From assembly GCA_965203055.1 (NCBI GenBank), contig OZ241863.1, positions 608,001 to 672,000 on the forward strand: a stretch of 64,000 nucleotides of DNA. The letters are read 5' to 3'. Source of the stretch: Spirochaetia bacterium (lineage in GTDB: Bacteria > Spirochaetota > Spirochaetia > SZUA-6 > Bin103). Under the pieces are notes generated by a model. That model was not told the origin of the DNA and did not search any database. It worked only from the letters and a program-made list of their open reading frames with translations. Below, in pieces: positions 38,981-48,253 of the stretch; position 1 is the first letter of the stretch, and each line of letters begins with the position of its first letter. The position numbers and the translations under genes were made by a program.

Positions 38981-40452
38981 TGAACGTCGTATGCATCTGT
39001 CTGGACACCTTGCGCGCCGACATCGTGGGCGAGGGGAAGAAGTACAGCCACGCGCGTACGCCCAATCTCGACGCGCTGGCCGCCGGCGGCATCAGGTTCA
39101 CGCGCGCCTTTGGCGAGGCGCAACCGACGCTGCAGGTCCGGCGCGCGCTGTTCACCGGCCGGCGCAGCTTTCCGTGGCGCTACAACTTCGACCGCCGCGG
39201 GCACTGGCCGCATCTGCCGGGGTGGCACAGGATTCCGCCCGAGCAGGACACCCTCGCCGAGGTGCTGCTGGCGCGCGGCTACCTCACCGCGATGATCGCC
39301 GACACCTACCACATGTTCAAGCCGACCATGAACTACGCGCGCGGCTTCGCTCACCTCGACTTCATTCGCGGCCAGGAATCGGACAACTGGCGGAGCGGTG
39401 ACCCGCGGCTGATCGAGGAGCAACTGCGCCGTCACGTACGCGAGCCGATCGACTGGCCGCGGCATGCGGCGCTGGTCAACTACCTGCTCAATCAGCGGCA
39501 TCGGCAGTCGGCGGAGGACTACAGTTGCGCGCGCGTCTTCCGCGCGGCGTGCGACTGGTTGGCGGACAATCACACGATGAAGCCGTTCTTCCTGTGGATC
39601 GACAGCTTCGACCCGCACGAGCCGTGGGATCCGCCGCCGGGGTACGCCGATCTCTATTACCCGGGCTACGCGGGCAAGGACTTCATCGTCCCCGGAGCGG
39701 CCCGGGAGGGTGACGGCGCCACGGAGGAGGAGCTGCGCCGCATCGAAGCGCTCTACCTGGGTGAGGTCACGTTCGTGGATGAATGCGTGGGCCGGCTGCT
39801 GGCCAGGCTGGACGAACTGAAGCTATTCGACGACACCCTGGTGATCTTCCTGTCGGACCACGGCACGCAGCTCCGCGACCAGGGCAGCTTCGGCAAGCAC
39901 GCGAGCGAGCTGCATCCGTTCAATACCCAGTTGAACCTGTGCCTGCGGCACCCCGGCGGGCCGGCGGACCGCGAGGTCACGGCGCTGGTGCAGAACCACG
40001 ACCTGATGCCGACGATTCTCGCGCTGCTGGAGATACCCTGCGGTTGGACCGACGGCGAAAATCTCTGGCCGCTGGTAACCGGAGAGCGGGCGGCGCTTCG
40101 GGAGCGGATCGTGACCGGCTGGGCGGAGGCTTCCGGCGGCAGCGCGCGCGCCCGCGCCAGCGTGCGCGGCGACCGCTGGAACTTCTGCACCGCGGTCGGC
40201 TACGCGGACGCGGAGGGGGATGAGCTGTTCGATCTGAGCAACGACCCGGAAGAGCGTCGCAACGTGGTCCGCGACCATCCGCAGGTAGCGGCGGCGTGCC
40301 GCGCCGAGGTGGAGGCGGTGATCGGACAGCCGCTGCCGGGCACTCTGGTGGAGGTCGCCGGCGCGGCCGAAGGGCCGATGGTCACCTGGCTCAAGCAGAA
40401 ACTGCGGGAACCTAGACGCCCCACTGCCTGCGGGTATCGGCCATCGGGATGA
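38980..40452 (+). CDS. Sulfatase-like hydrolase (alkaline phosphatase superfamily)
   Basis: LDTLRAD, TPNLD, R.ALFTG, FDPHEPWDPP, SDHG and ELFDL..DPEE..N motifs; TGATG coupling to the PhyH gene. Confidence 0.88.
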   Translation: MNVVCICLDTLRADIVGEGKKYSHARTPNLDALAAGGIRFTRAFGEAQPTLQVRRALFTGRRSFPWRYNFDRRGHWPHLPGWHRIPPEQDTLAEVLLARGYLTAMIADTYHMFKPTMNYARGFAHLDFIRGQESDNWRSGDPRLIEEQLRRHVREPIDWPRHAALVNYLLNQRHRQSAEDYSCARVFRAACDWLADNHTMKPFFLWIDSFDPHEPWDPPPGYADLYYPGYAGKDFIVPGAAREGDGATEEELRRIEALYLGEVTFVDECVGRLLARLDELKLFDDTLVIFLSDHGTQLRDQGSFGKHASELHPFNTQLNLCLRHPGGPADREVTALVQNHDLMPTILALLEIPCGWTDGENLWPLVTGERAALRERIVTGWAEASGGSARARASVRGDRWNFCTAVGYADAEGDELFDLSNDPEERRNVVRDHPQVAAACRAEVEAVIGQPLPGTLVEVAGAAEGPMVTWLKQKLREPRRPTACGYRPSG

Positions 40453-41323
40453 GCGCGCTCGCGTAGTGGCCGGTGGGGGAGTCTCCGGCCCAGCGCTCGT
40501 CCATTGGCTCCGAGGCCGGTTGATAGCGCACGTCGCAACTGATGCGGAACCGGTTGGTGGTGTTGGTAGTGGAGCCGTGCAGGGTATGCAGGCCGAAGGT
40601 GATGACGTCGCCGGCGCGCACGTCGGCGGTGAGCCAGCGCCCGCCGAACCGGTCGATGATCTCTTCCGGGTCCTCGCTGAACCAGCCTTCGGTGCGGTCG
40701 CGGTCGACGTCGCTGGCGCCGTAGGTCGCCCGCAATCTGGCGAAGCTGTCCAGGCGGTGCGACGCTTCGCAGATGACCAGGGTCCCCTGCGCGATCGGAA
40801 TGTCCCCGAAGGGGATCCACACGGTATTCACGCGCTCGCTGCCGCGTCCCATGTACACCACGTCCATGTGTGAGCCGGTGAACTTCTCGTTGCCCACCGC
40901 CCGCAGCCACTTGTGGCCAAAGGTCGCCGGAGCCTCGCCGTAGAAGCGGCGGTAGAACGATTGCAGCTCCGCTCCTTCGAGCACCCGCAACAGTTCCGGG
41001 CGATGGGTGATCCGCTTCCCCATACCGACGCCTCGGCCGGTGCGGCCTCCGCCGGTGCGGCCTCCGCCGGCGCGCGGCATGACCCCCTCCATGAGCGGGG
41101 TGCCTTGCACCAGCGCGCCGCGTTCCCGCAGATACGCAAGGACCACGCGGCGCGCCTCCAGCACGGCGCCGCGGTCGATCAGGCCGCGAATGAACAGGTA
41201 GCCGTCCGCGGCGATGCGCCGCCGCAGCTCGCCGGTGTCGGCCAGCGCTGCGGTGCTGTCGCGCAGGCTGCCGAACCGCGCGCCGGGAAACTCCATCTGC
41301 CTGCGCTGAAACTCGACCCGCAT
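40412..41323 (-). CDS. PhyH family dioxygenase
   Basis: DGYLFIRG, SHMDVVYMGRG, GDVITF..LHGS..N...RISCDVRYQ; paralogue of 27145..28128. Confidence 0.88.
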   Translation of the reverse strand: MRVEFQRRQMEFPGARFGSLRDSTAALADTGELRRRIAADGYLFIRGLIDRGAVLEARRVVLAYLRERGALVQGTPLMEGVMPRAGGGRTGGGRTGRGVGMGKRITHRPELLRVLEGAELQSFYRRFYGEAPATFGHKWLRAVGNEKFTGSHMDVVYMGRGSERVNTVWIPFGDIPIAQGTLVICEASHRLDSFARLRATYGASDVDRDRTEGWFSEDPEEIIDRFGGRWLTADVRAGDVITFGLHTLHGSTTNTTNRFRISCDVRYQPASEPMDERWAGDSPTGHYASALIPMADTRRQWGV

Positions 41324-41496
41324 CGGTTGGTCCCCGGCCAATGTAGCATGATCCCCAAGCCCGGAGGCAAGTCGAATAGGCACGCTTGACATTGGCCAGC
41401 CGGGGTGACAGCCTTGCAACGGAGGAACGGAGATGAGGGGGCTACCGACCGCGCGGCCCGCGCAGCTCGACGCCGGCATTGCCGGGATGGTAGAAT

Positions 41497-41895
41497 TTGC
41501 AGGGTAGCGGCAGAGAGTCGCTATGGAGCGTATCCGCCAAGCGGTTACCGTACTATCTTCTAATCTTTGCCGTGGTGATGATGGTGTCCTTGGTTGCGTC
41601 CATTGCAACAGCGACCGGGAAATTCTGGGATGCCGTCATGACAACGGCATCCGGGATAGCAGCGGTTGGAGCAGCGACGGGCGGAGTGTTGATTGCGGTA
41701 GAGGGTACTGTTGTGGGACTCACTCAATTGATCTTCGATAAGGCAAGGAAACAAGCACGGCAGGAGGGCCTCCAGGAGGGCATCCGGGAGGGCATCCGGG
41801 AGGGCATCCGGCAGGAGCGAAATCGGCTGCGCAAAGCCGGTGTAGACATTCCCCGGGACGAGACTCCCAACGAAAATCGAGAAGATCAGCCGTAA
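41497..41895 (+). CDS. Hypothetical membrane protein with C-terminal EG(L/I)(Q/R) repeats; start uncertain
   Basis: Two hydrophobic segments, then RQEGLQEGIREGIREGIRQE; AT-richer than its flanks. Confidence 0.55.
   Translation: MQGSGRESLWSVSAKRLPYYLLIFAVVMMVSLVASIATATGKFWDAVMTTASGIAAVGAATGGVLIAVEGTVVGLTQLIFDKARKQARQEGLQEGIREGIREGIRQERNRLRKAGVDIPRDETPNENREDQP
41761..41816 (+). repeat. 12-bp tandem repeat (GGAGGGCATCCG), about 4 copies
   Basis: Directly visible; encodes EGIR. Confidence 0.85.
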
Positions 41896-41943
41896 CCTCC
41901 GAGAATGTTGCGCCGGCGGAGCGCGCGAGAGACCAGGCTGCGG

Positions 41944-42531
41944 TCAGTTCAACTCATCCAGGGCGAGGGCGAAGCTGTGTACGAACTGCTGCATGAAATA
42001 GTCCACTTCCGGTAGCCCCAGGCTGGTTATTTCCTGTCCGATGCTGTCCTTCGCCTTGGAGAATTCCTGGTTCCCCGCCTTGAGTTCTTCCAGACACTTG
42101 GTATAGGCGCTGATCTTGTCCGCCGCCTTTACCAGCTCCCAGCCGGCGGCCTCGGTCTCTTCCGGGAACAGGATCGAACGATAGTCCTGTTTCAGGTCTG
42201 CCGGAATCATGGCCCACAACTTGCGGCGCGCGACCTGTTCGATCTCGGAGTACGCGCCGCTGATCTCCGGATTGAAGTACTTCAACGGGCTCGGAAGGTC
42301 ACCGGTGATCACCTCGCTGACCTCGTGAAACACCGCCAGGACCATTACCCGCTCCGGATCGAGGCCGCCGGCGAACAGGCGGTTGCGGATCAGCGCCAGA
42401 GCATGCGCGATCATCGCCACCTGCAGGCTATGCTCCTGGATGTTCTCGACCTGGGTATTGCGCATCAAGCCCCAGCGATGAATGAACTTCATTCGCGCCA
42501 GGTAGGCAAAGAAGTGGCTGCCCGTGCGCAT
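41944..42531 (-). CDS. yfbR: 5'-deoxynucleotidase (HD domain)
   Basis: SHFFAYLARMKFIHRWGLMRN..ENIQEHSLQVA, TGDLPSPLKY, KAADKISAY and GNQEF motifs. Confidence 0.93.
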   Translation of the reverse strand: MRTGSHFFAYLARMKFIHRWGLMRNTQVENIQEHSLQVAMIAHALALIRNRLFAGGLDPERVMVLAVFHEVSEVITGDLPSPLKYFNPEISGAYSEIEQVARRKLWAMIPADLKQDYRSILFPEETEAAGWELVKAADKISAYTKCLEELKAGNQEFSKAKDSIGQEITSLGLPEVDYFMQQFVHSFALALDELN

Positions 42532-42550
42532 GCCGATACGCCTCCTGAGG

Positions 42551-44272
42551 TCAGGCGCTCGCGCCGGACCGCCGCGGGGCGGCGGCGCCGTACACTTCGC
42601 GGGCGCGTTCCCCGCTGACCAGTCCCTCGGCAACGTCGTGCCGTACCGCCGCGGCCGCTCGCTGCCGCGGGTCGCCCCAACCACCGCCGCCGGGGGTCTG
42701 CACGCGGAACAGCTCCCCCTTGCCCAGTTCCACCACCACCTTGGTCGGCACCTCGCGCACGCTGCCGTCGGCCGCGGTGACGTAGGCGTGCGCCCCCGCG
42801 GCGCGGCGGCCGCCCGCCAGCCCCCAGGGCGTGAAGCGGCGGCGGTCGGACCCCATGCTGACCACGGTGCGCTCCGCCAGGCAGCGCAGCTCGCGCATCA
42901 TGCCGCAGCCGCCGCGGTACTGCCCCGCTCCCTCGGTGTCGGGCAGCAGGCCGTAGCGAACCACCTCCAGCGGATAGGTGCTCTCGATCACCTCCACCGC
43001 GGCGTTGCGGGTGTTGGTGAGATGGGTGTGCACGCCGTCGCCGCCGTCGAGGTCGTGGGAGGCGCCCTGGCCGCCGGCGTAGGTCTCCACGTAGTTGTAG
43101 TAGACCCCCTCGCCCGGCCCCGGACGGGTATCGATGCCGCCGATGTTGATCAGGTTCATCTCGCCGCTGCAGGCCGCGCACACTCGTTCCGGGACGCACC
43201 GGGCAAGGGCGCCGAGCAGCACGTCCACCACCCGCTGATCGGTGAGGATGTTCGCCTGGCCGATGGCCGCCGGGTAGGCCGCCTGCAGGATGCTGCCCTC
43301 CGGGGCGTAGACGTGGATCGGACGGTAGGAACCGGCGCAGGTCGGCAGGTCGGGGTCGATCACCGCCTTGCAGGTGTAGTAGACCGCGGCCTGCGCAGCG
43401 CTGATGCGGGCGTTGAGCGGACCGAGCACCTGCCGGCTGCTGCCGGTGAAGTCGGCGGTCAGCTCGTCGCCGTCGATGCGGACCGCGGCGGCGATCTTGA
43501 CCGGTTCGTCGGTTACGCCGTCGTCGTCCAGAAAATCCTCGAAGCGGTAGGTGCCGTCAGGCAGTTGCGCGATGCCGGCGCGCATGCAGCGCTCGGCATG
43601 GTCGAGGATCTCCGTCATGTAGCGCGTCAGCTCCGCGGCGCCGCTGCCGGCGAGAAGCTCCGCCACGCGCTGCTCGGCCTTCCTGGCTACCGCGTATTGG
43701 GCCATGAGGTCGCCCCGCACCTCGTATTCGGTGCGCACGTTCTGCTCGATGAGGCGCAGCAGGTCGTCGTCGAAGCGGCCCTGCCGCACCAGCGGCACGG
43801 GGGGGATCTGCAGCCCCTCCTGGTAGATCTCGGTCACGCCGAACGGCATGCTGCCCGGCGCGTAGCCGCCCATGTCGACGTGGTGGGCGGTGGAAGCAGC
43901 CAGCGCCAGCGGCCGCCCGTCGTGAAAGATCGGGGACACCAGCGACAGGTCGGGCAGATGGCCGGGGCCCTCCGGGTAGGGCAGGTTGGTGGCGTAGACG
44001 TCCCCCGGCTGCATCTGCGCAACCGGGTAGCGCGCCAGAATGGCGCGGATCACGCCCGGCATCACGCCCAGGTGCAGCGGCGTGCCCACTTCCGCCTGGG
44101 CCACGATCTCGCCGTTTGGCAGCGCCAGCGCCGCCGAGCAGTCGCGGCGGTCCTTGATGTTGGTCGAATGGCTGGCGCGCACCAGCGCCGCGCAGCACTC
44201 CTCGGCGATACCCTTCCAGCGGTTGCGCATGATCTCCAGGGTGACCGGGTCGATCGGGCGCGGTGCGCTCAT
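42551..44272 (-). CDS. Hydantoinase B/oxoprolinase family protein
   Basis: DPVTLEI, STNIKDRRDCS, HLPD, HHVDMGG, YQEGL and TPGGGGWGDP motifs. Confidence 0.93.
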   Translation of the reverse strand: MSAPRPIDPVTLEIMRNRWKGIAEECCAALVRASHSTNIKDRRDCSAALALPNGEIVAQAEVGTPLHLGVMPGVIRAILARYPVAQMQPGDVYATNLPYPEGPGHLPDLSLVSPIFHDGRPLALAASTAHHVDMGGYAPGSMPFGVTEIYQEGLQIPPVPLVRQGRFDDDLLRLIEQNVRTEYEVRGDLMAQYAVARKAEQRVAELLAGSGAAELTRYMTEILDHAERCMRAGIAQLPDGTYRFEDFLDDDGVTDEPVKIAAAVRIDGDELTADFTGSSRQVLGPLNARISAAQAAVYYTCKAVIDPDLPTCAGSYRPIHVYAPEGSILQAAYPAAIGQANILTDQRVVDVLLGALARCVPERVCAACSGEMNLINIGGIDTRPGPGEGVYYNYVETYAGGQGASHDLDGGDGVHTHLTNTRNAAVEVIESTYPLEVVRYGLLPDTEGAGQYRGGCGMMRELRCLAERTVVSMGSDRRRFTPWGLAGGRRAAGAHAYVTAADGSVREVPTKVVVELGKGELFRVQTPGGGGWGDPRQRAAAAVRHDVAEGLVSGERAREVYGAAAPRRSGASA

Positions 44273-46314
44273 GAGGCGGCCTCCAGAGAATCGAGCAGGA
44301 GCTGCCCGTAGCGATCCACCGCCAGGCGCTGCCCGGGCCACAGCGCGGTAGTGGCGTCGAGCTGCTCGATGATCGCCGGGCCGGTGAGCGCCGCGCCGGC
44401 GGCCAGCGCGTCGCGCCGGAAGATCGGCGTCTCGCAGGCGCGGCCCGCGAAGTGCACCCGGCGCACCGCGGTCGGCTCGGGAGCGCCGCGGGCGTCCGGC
44501 GCCCGCGGCAGGCGCAGCGGCTGCAGGTCGACTTCGGCCGCCACCCAGAGGCTGCGCACCTCGACCGGGTGTTCGGCGCGCGCGTAGCCGTAGGTGCGCT
44601 CGTGTTCGGCGTGGAACCGCTCGGCCAGGCGTTTCGGCTCCGGCGGTCCCGGCTCCACCGCGACCGGCAACTCGTAGCGCTGGCCCAGATAGCGCTGGCC
44701 GAGGGAGCGGGTCAGGCGCAGGCGGCCCGCGCCGTTCGCCGGGCGCCGCAGCCGGGCGCGGGCGGCCTCCTCCAGCTCCGCGAACAGCCGTTCCAGTTCG
44801 GGCGCGGTGGTGCGGTCCAGGCGCCGCACGAAGGTGGCGATGCGGTCTTCGCGCAGGTTGGTCATCAGCAGGCCAAGCGCGGAGTTCACTCCGGGCGCCC
44901 GCGGTACGACGGTGCGCCCGATGCCGAGCTCGGCCGCCAGCTCGGCGCCGTGCAGCGGGCCGGCGCCGCCGAACGGGCAGAGCGCGAACTCGCGCGGGTC
45001 GTGGCCGCGTTCCACCGTCAGCTTGCGGATGGCTGCAGTCATCGCCGCGTTGACCACCCGGATCATCCCCTCCGCGGCGGCCTCGACCGTGATCCGCAGC
45101 GGGTGCGCGAGGCGGTCGTGGAGCGCGCGCCGCGCCGCCTCCGGATCCACCGCCATGCCGCCGCCAAGCAGCGACTCCGCGCCCAGCCGCCCCAACACCA
45201 GGTTGGCGTCGGTCACGGTCGGCTCCGCGCCCCCCAGCCCGTAGCAGGCCGGTCCCGGCCGGGCGCCCGCCGAATGCGGGCCGACGCGCAGCGCGCCGCC
45301 GGCGTCGATCCAGCCGATGCTGCCGCCGCCGGCGCCCACCGAGTGGAGGTCCAGCATCGGCACGCTGATGGCCAGACCGCCCATTTCGGTGTCGCGGGCG
45401 AACCCGGCGGCGCCGTCCCGCACCACGCCGACGTCGAAGCTGGTGCCGCCCATGTCCGCGGTGATCAGGTTGCGGCAACCCGCGTCCGAGCGGGCAATCG
45501 CCGCGCCGGCCACGATGCCGCCGGCCGGGCCGGACATCACGGTCTCCACGGCGCGGCGGGCGGCGGCGGCGGCCGACATCACCCCGCCGCTGGACTTCAT
45601 GATGAACAGCGGCGCGGCGACGGCGCGCGCGGCGAGGCCCTGCTGCAGCCGGTCCAGGTAGCGCCCGATCACCGGTTGCACGTAGGCGTTCATCGCGCAG
45701 GTGCTGAAGCGCTCATACTCGCCCTGCTCGCCGGCCAGCTCATGCGACAGGCACACCGCCGCGCCCGGCAGGCGCTCGGCCAACGCCCGGCCCACCGCCA
45801 GCTCGTGCGCCGGGTTGGCGTAGCTGTGCAGCAGACCGACGGCGACCGCCTCGACCCGTTCCCGGCGCAGCGCGTCGATCAGGCGGTCGAGCTGCGCGCG
45901 GTCGAGCGGCGTCTGCGCGCTGCCGTCGAAGCGCATGCGCTCGCGCAGCTCGAAGCGCAGCGCGCGCGGCACCAGCGGCGGGGGGCGCCGGGCGCGCAGA
46001 TCGTAGAGCCGCGGGCGGTCCTGGCGTTGGATCTGCAGCACGTCGCGGAAGCCGGCGGTGGTAATCAGCGCCACGCGCGCGCCGGCGCGCTGCAGCACGG
46101 CGTTGGTTGCCACCGTGGTGCCGTGGACCAGCAGCTCGATCTCCTCGGCGCGGGCGCCGATGCGGCCGACCAGCTCGCGGATGCCGCGCATGATGCCGCG
46201 CGCCGGATCGTCCGGCGTGGAGACCACCTTGTGGAACGCCAGCCGCCCGCTTGCGGGAGCGAACGCCGCCAGATCGGTAAACGTGCCCCCGGTGTCGATG
46301 CCGATCCGGATCAT
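44269..46314 (-). CDS. Hydantoinase A/oxoprolinase family protein
   Basis: GIDTGGTFTD, HGTTVATNA, SGPAGG, DMGGTSFD, GAGGGS and FGGAGPLH motifs. Confidence 0.95.
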   Translation of the reverse strand: MIRIGIDTGGTFTDLAAFAPASGRLAFHKVVSTPDDPARGIMRGIRELVGRIGARAEEIELLVHGTTVATNAVLQRAGARVALITTAGFRDVLQIQRQDRPRLYDLRARRPPPLVPRALRFELRERMRFDGSAQTPLDRAQLDRLIDALRRERVEAVAVGLLHSYANPAHELAVGRALAERLPGAAVCLSHELAGEQGEYERFSTCAMNAYVQPVIGRYLDRLQQGLAARAVAAPLFIMKSSGGVMSAAAAARRAVETVMSGPAGGIVAGAAIARSDAGCRNLITADMGGTSFDVGVVRDGAAGFARDTEMGGLAISVPMLDLHSVGAGGGSIGWIDAGGALRVGPHSAGARPGPACYGLGGAEPTVTDANLVLGRLGAESLLGGGMAVDPEAARRALHDRLAHPLRITVEAAAEGMIRVVNAAMTAAIRKLTVERGHDPREFALCPFGGAGPLHGAELAAELGIGRTVVPRAPGVNSALGLLMTNLREDRIATFVRRLDRTTAPELERLFAELEEAARARLRRPANGAGRLRLTRSLGQRYLGQRYELPVAVEPGPPEPKRLAERFHAEHERTYGYARAEHPVEVRSLWVAAEVDLQPLRLPRAPDARGAPEPTAVRRVHFAGRACETPIFRRDALAAGAALTGPAIIEQLDATTALWPGQRLAVDRYGQLLLDSLEAAS

Positions 46315-46531
46315 GCGGCCGCGAGTCTATATCCGGGCGCGGACAACGCCAAGCCGCAGGCCGGCTGCCGCCTGCGGGGGTAGGGGACCTCGACCGTTGG
46401 GGGGGCGCGGCCGGCGCCGGGCGCGCCGGTCGATCAATGGTATGCTCCGCGGCACACCGCATGAGGCGCAACCTGCACCAACCGAACGGCGCTCCCGCGC
46501 AGGCCGCCCGCCGGCGGCCGGAAGCGCCCTG

Positions 46532-48253
46532 GTGATAGACGCGCTCATCGGCTGGATCGGCGAGCTGGCGGCATCCATTCGAGAACGCTACGCGGTCGAT
46601 CCCTACGTGTTTCTGGTGCTGTCGGTGGTCTGCGCCCCGCCGTTCTACTACGCGCTGTATCGGCTGGCGCGCGCGCTGCGCAACGACCGCCGCGCGGTGG
46701 CGCGCTGGAGCCTGCTCTTTCTGGCGGCCACCGTCATCCCGTACCTGTACGTGCTGGTGTTCGGGCGCAACCTTCCGTGGTGGGTGTACGGCGTGCTGGC
46801 GGGCGCGGTCGGGATGAGCGTCCAGCAGCTCGCCGGCAAGCTGCGGGCCGGCCGCAGCCGATCCACGCCCGACCAACCGTCCCCCGGAAAGCCGTCGTCC
46901 GAACGCTCGGTGGCGACCAGGATATCGGGCGCCGCGCTGTCGATCGGCGCCATCACCGTCGTCATCAAGCTGGTATCTCTGGGCTCTACGATACTCGTTG
47001 CGTCGTTCTTCGGTACGAGTGACGACATGGACGCCTATCTCATCGCGTTCCTGATTCCGCAACTGTGCATCACCGTGATCTGCGGGGCGTTCAGCTCCGC
47101 GTTGATACCGACCTACGTCCAGGTACGGCAACAGCACGGCAACGGCCAGGCGCAGGAGCTGTTCTCGAGGGTGATGTTCTTCGCCGCGGCGTTGCTGCTG
47201 GCGGTCGCCGCGTGCTTCGCGCTCCTGCTGCCGTATGCGCTGCCGCTGCTCGCGTCGAATTTTCATGCGGACAAGCTGGCGCTGGCCAAGCTCCTTTCCT
47301 ATTTTTTGATACCGGCAATCGTCATCAAGGGAGTTTCAGTCATCTACGGATCGGTCCTCAATGCCGACGAACGGTTCTCCCTGGTCGCCGCGGCGCCGGC
47401 GCTGGTACCGCTGTCGACGATCGCGTTCCTGCTGCTGTGGCCGGCGCCGGCGACGCGCATCTACGCCATGGCGATCGGTGCGAGCGCAGGGATGTTCGGC
47501 GAGCTGGTGGTGCTGGGCGCGGCGCTGAAGTGGCGCGGCATGGCCTTGCTCCCGCGCCGGCGCAGGAGCAGCGCCGCAAGTCGCCAGGTGGTCGCTCAGT
47601 ACGTACCGATGGCCGCGGGGGCGCTGATGATGAGCGCCACCACCGTGGTCGATCGGGCGATGGCGGCGGCGCTGCCGGCGGGAAGCGTGGCGTCGCTCGG
47701 TTACGGCGAACGCTTCGTGAGCGTAATTCTGCAAGTGGTATCGGGGGCGATCGCGACCGCCGTACTGCCGTTCTTCTCCAAGCTCTCGGATGACCGCAAT
47801 TGGACCGAACTGCGCTCGGTCCTCCGCCTGTACAGCAAGTGGATACTGCTTTCGACAGCCGTCGTCGCAGTGTCTTTGGTGGTCTTGTCCGAGGCGTTGA
47901 TTGGCTTCGTTCTGGAACGAGGTACGTTCAGCGGAGGCGACACCGTGCTGGTCGGACGAATCCAGGCGGTCTACGCATTGCAGATTCCGTTCTACGTGTG
48001 CGGGATGATGTTCGTGCGGGTGATTTCGTCGTTGAAGGCCAATCAGATTCTGTTGGTGGGATCGTTCCTGAATCTGACCATCAACGTCGCCTTGAACTAT
48101 CTCTTCATGAGGATCTGGGGCGTAGTGGGAATAGCGTTATCGACCGTATGCGTATATCTGTTTTCATGCGCGTTCGTCATGCTCATGGGGTATCGGATAC
48201 TGCATCGGACGCAACGCGGCAGCTTGCCTGAGCCCGCCGCGCCCCGGCGATGA
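46532..48253 (+). CDS. murJ: MurJ/MviN-like lipid II flippase with an extra N-terminal membrane domain; start uncertain
   Basis: FGTSDDMDAYLIAF..P, GAFSSALIP, VDRAMA..L..GSV..L.Y..R, ERGTF and GIALST motifs. Confidence 0.72.
   Translation: MIDALIGWIGELAASIRERYAVDPYVFLVLSVVCAPPFYYALYRLARALRNDRRAVARWSLLFLAATVIPYLYVLVFGRNLPWWVYGVLAGAVGMSVQQLAGKLRAGRSRSTPDQPSPGKPSSERSVATRISGAALSIGAITVVIKLVSLGSTILVASFFGTSDDMDAYLIAFLIPQLCITVICGAFSSALIPTYVQVRQQHGNGQAQELFSRVMFFAAALLLAVAACFALLLPYALPLLASNFHADKLALAKLLSYFLIPAIVIKGVSVIYGSVLNADERFSLVAAAPALVPLSTIAFLLLWPAPATRIYAMAIGASAGMFGELVVLGAALKWRGMALLPRRRRSSAASRQVVAQYVPMAAGALMMSATTVVDRAMAAALPAGSVASLGYGERFVSVILQVVSGAIATAVLPFFSKLSDDRNWTELRSVLRLYSKWILLSTAVVAVSLVVLSEALIGFVLERGTFSGGDTVLVGRIQAVYALQIPFYVCGMMFVRVISSLKANQILLVGSFLNLTINVALNYLFMRIWGVVGIALSTVCVYLFSCAFVMLMGYRILHRTQRGSLPEPAAPRR

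Noticed and set aside
41036..41070. 15-bp tandem duplication (GGGRT x2) in a PhyH gene
   Set aside because: A small in-frame loop expansion with no evident significance
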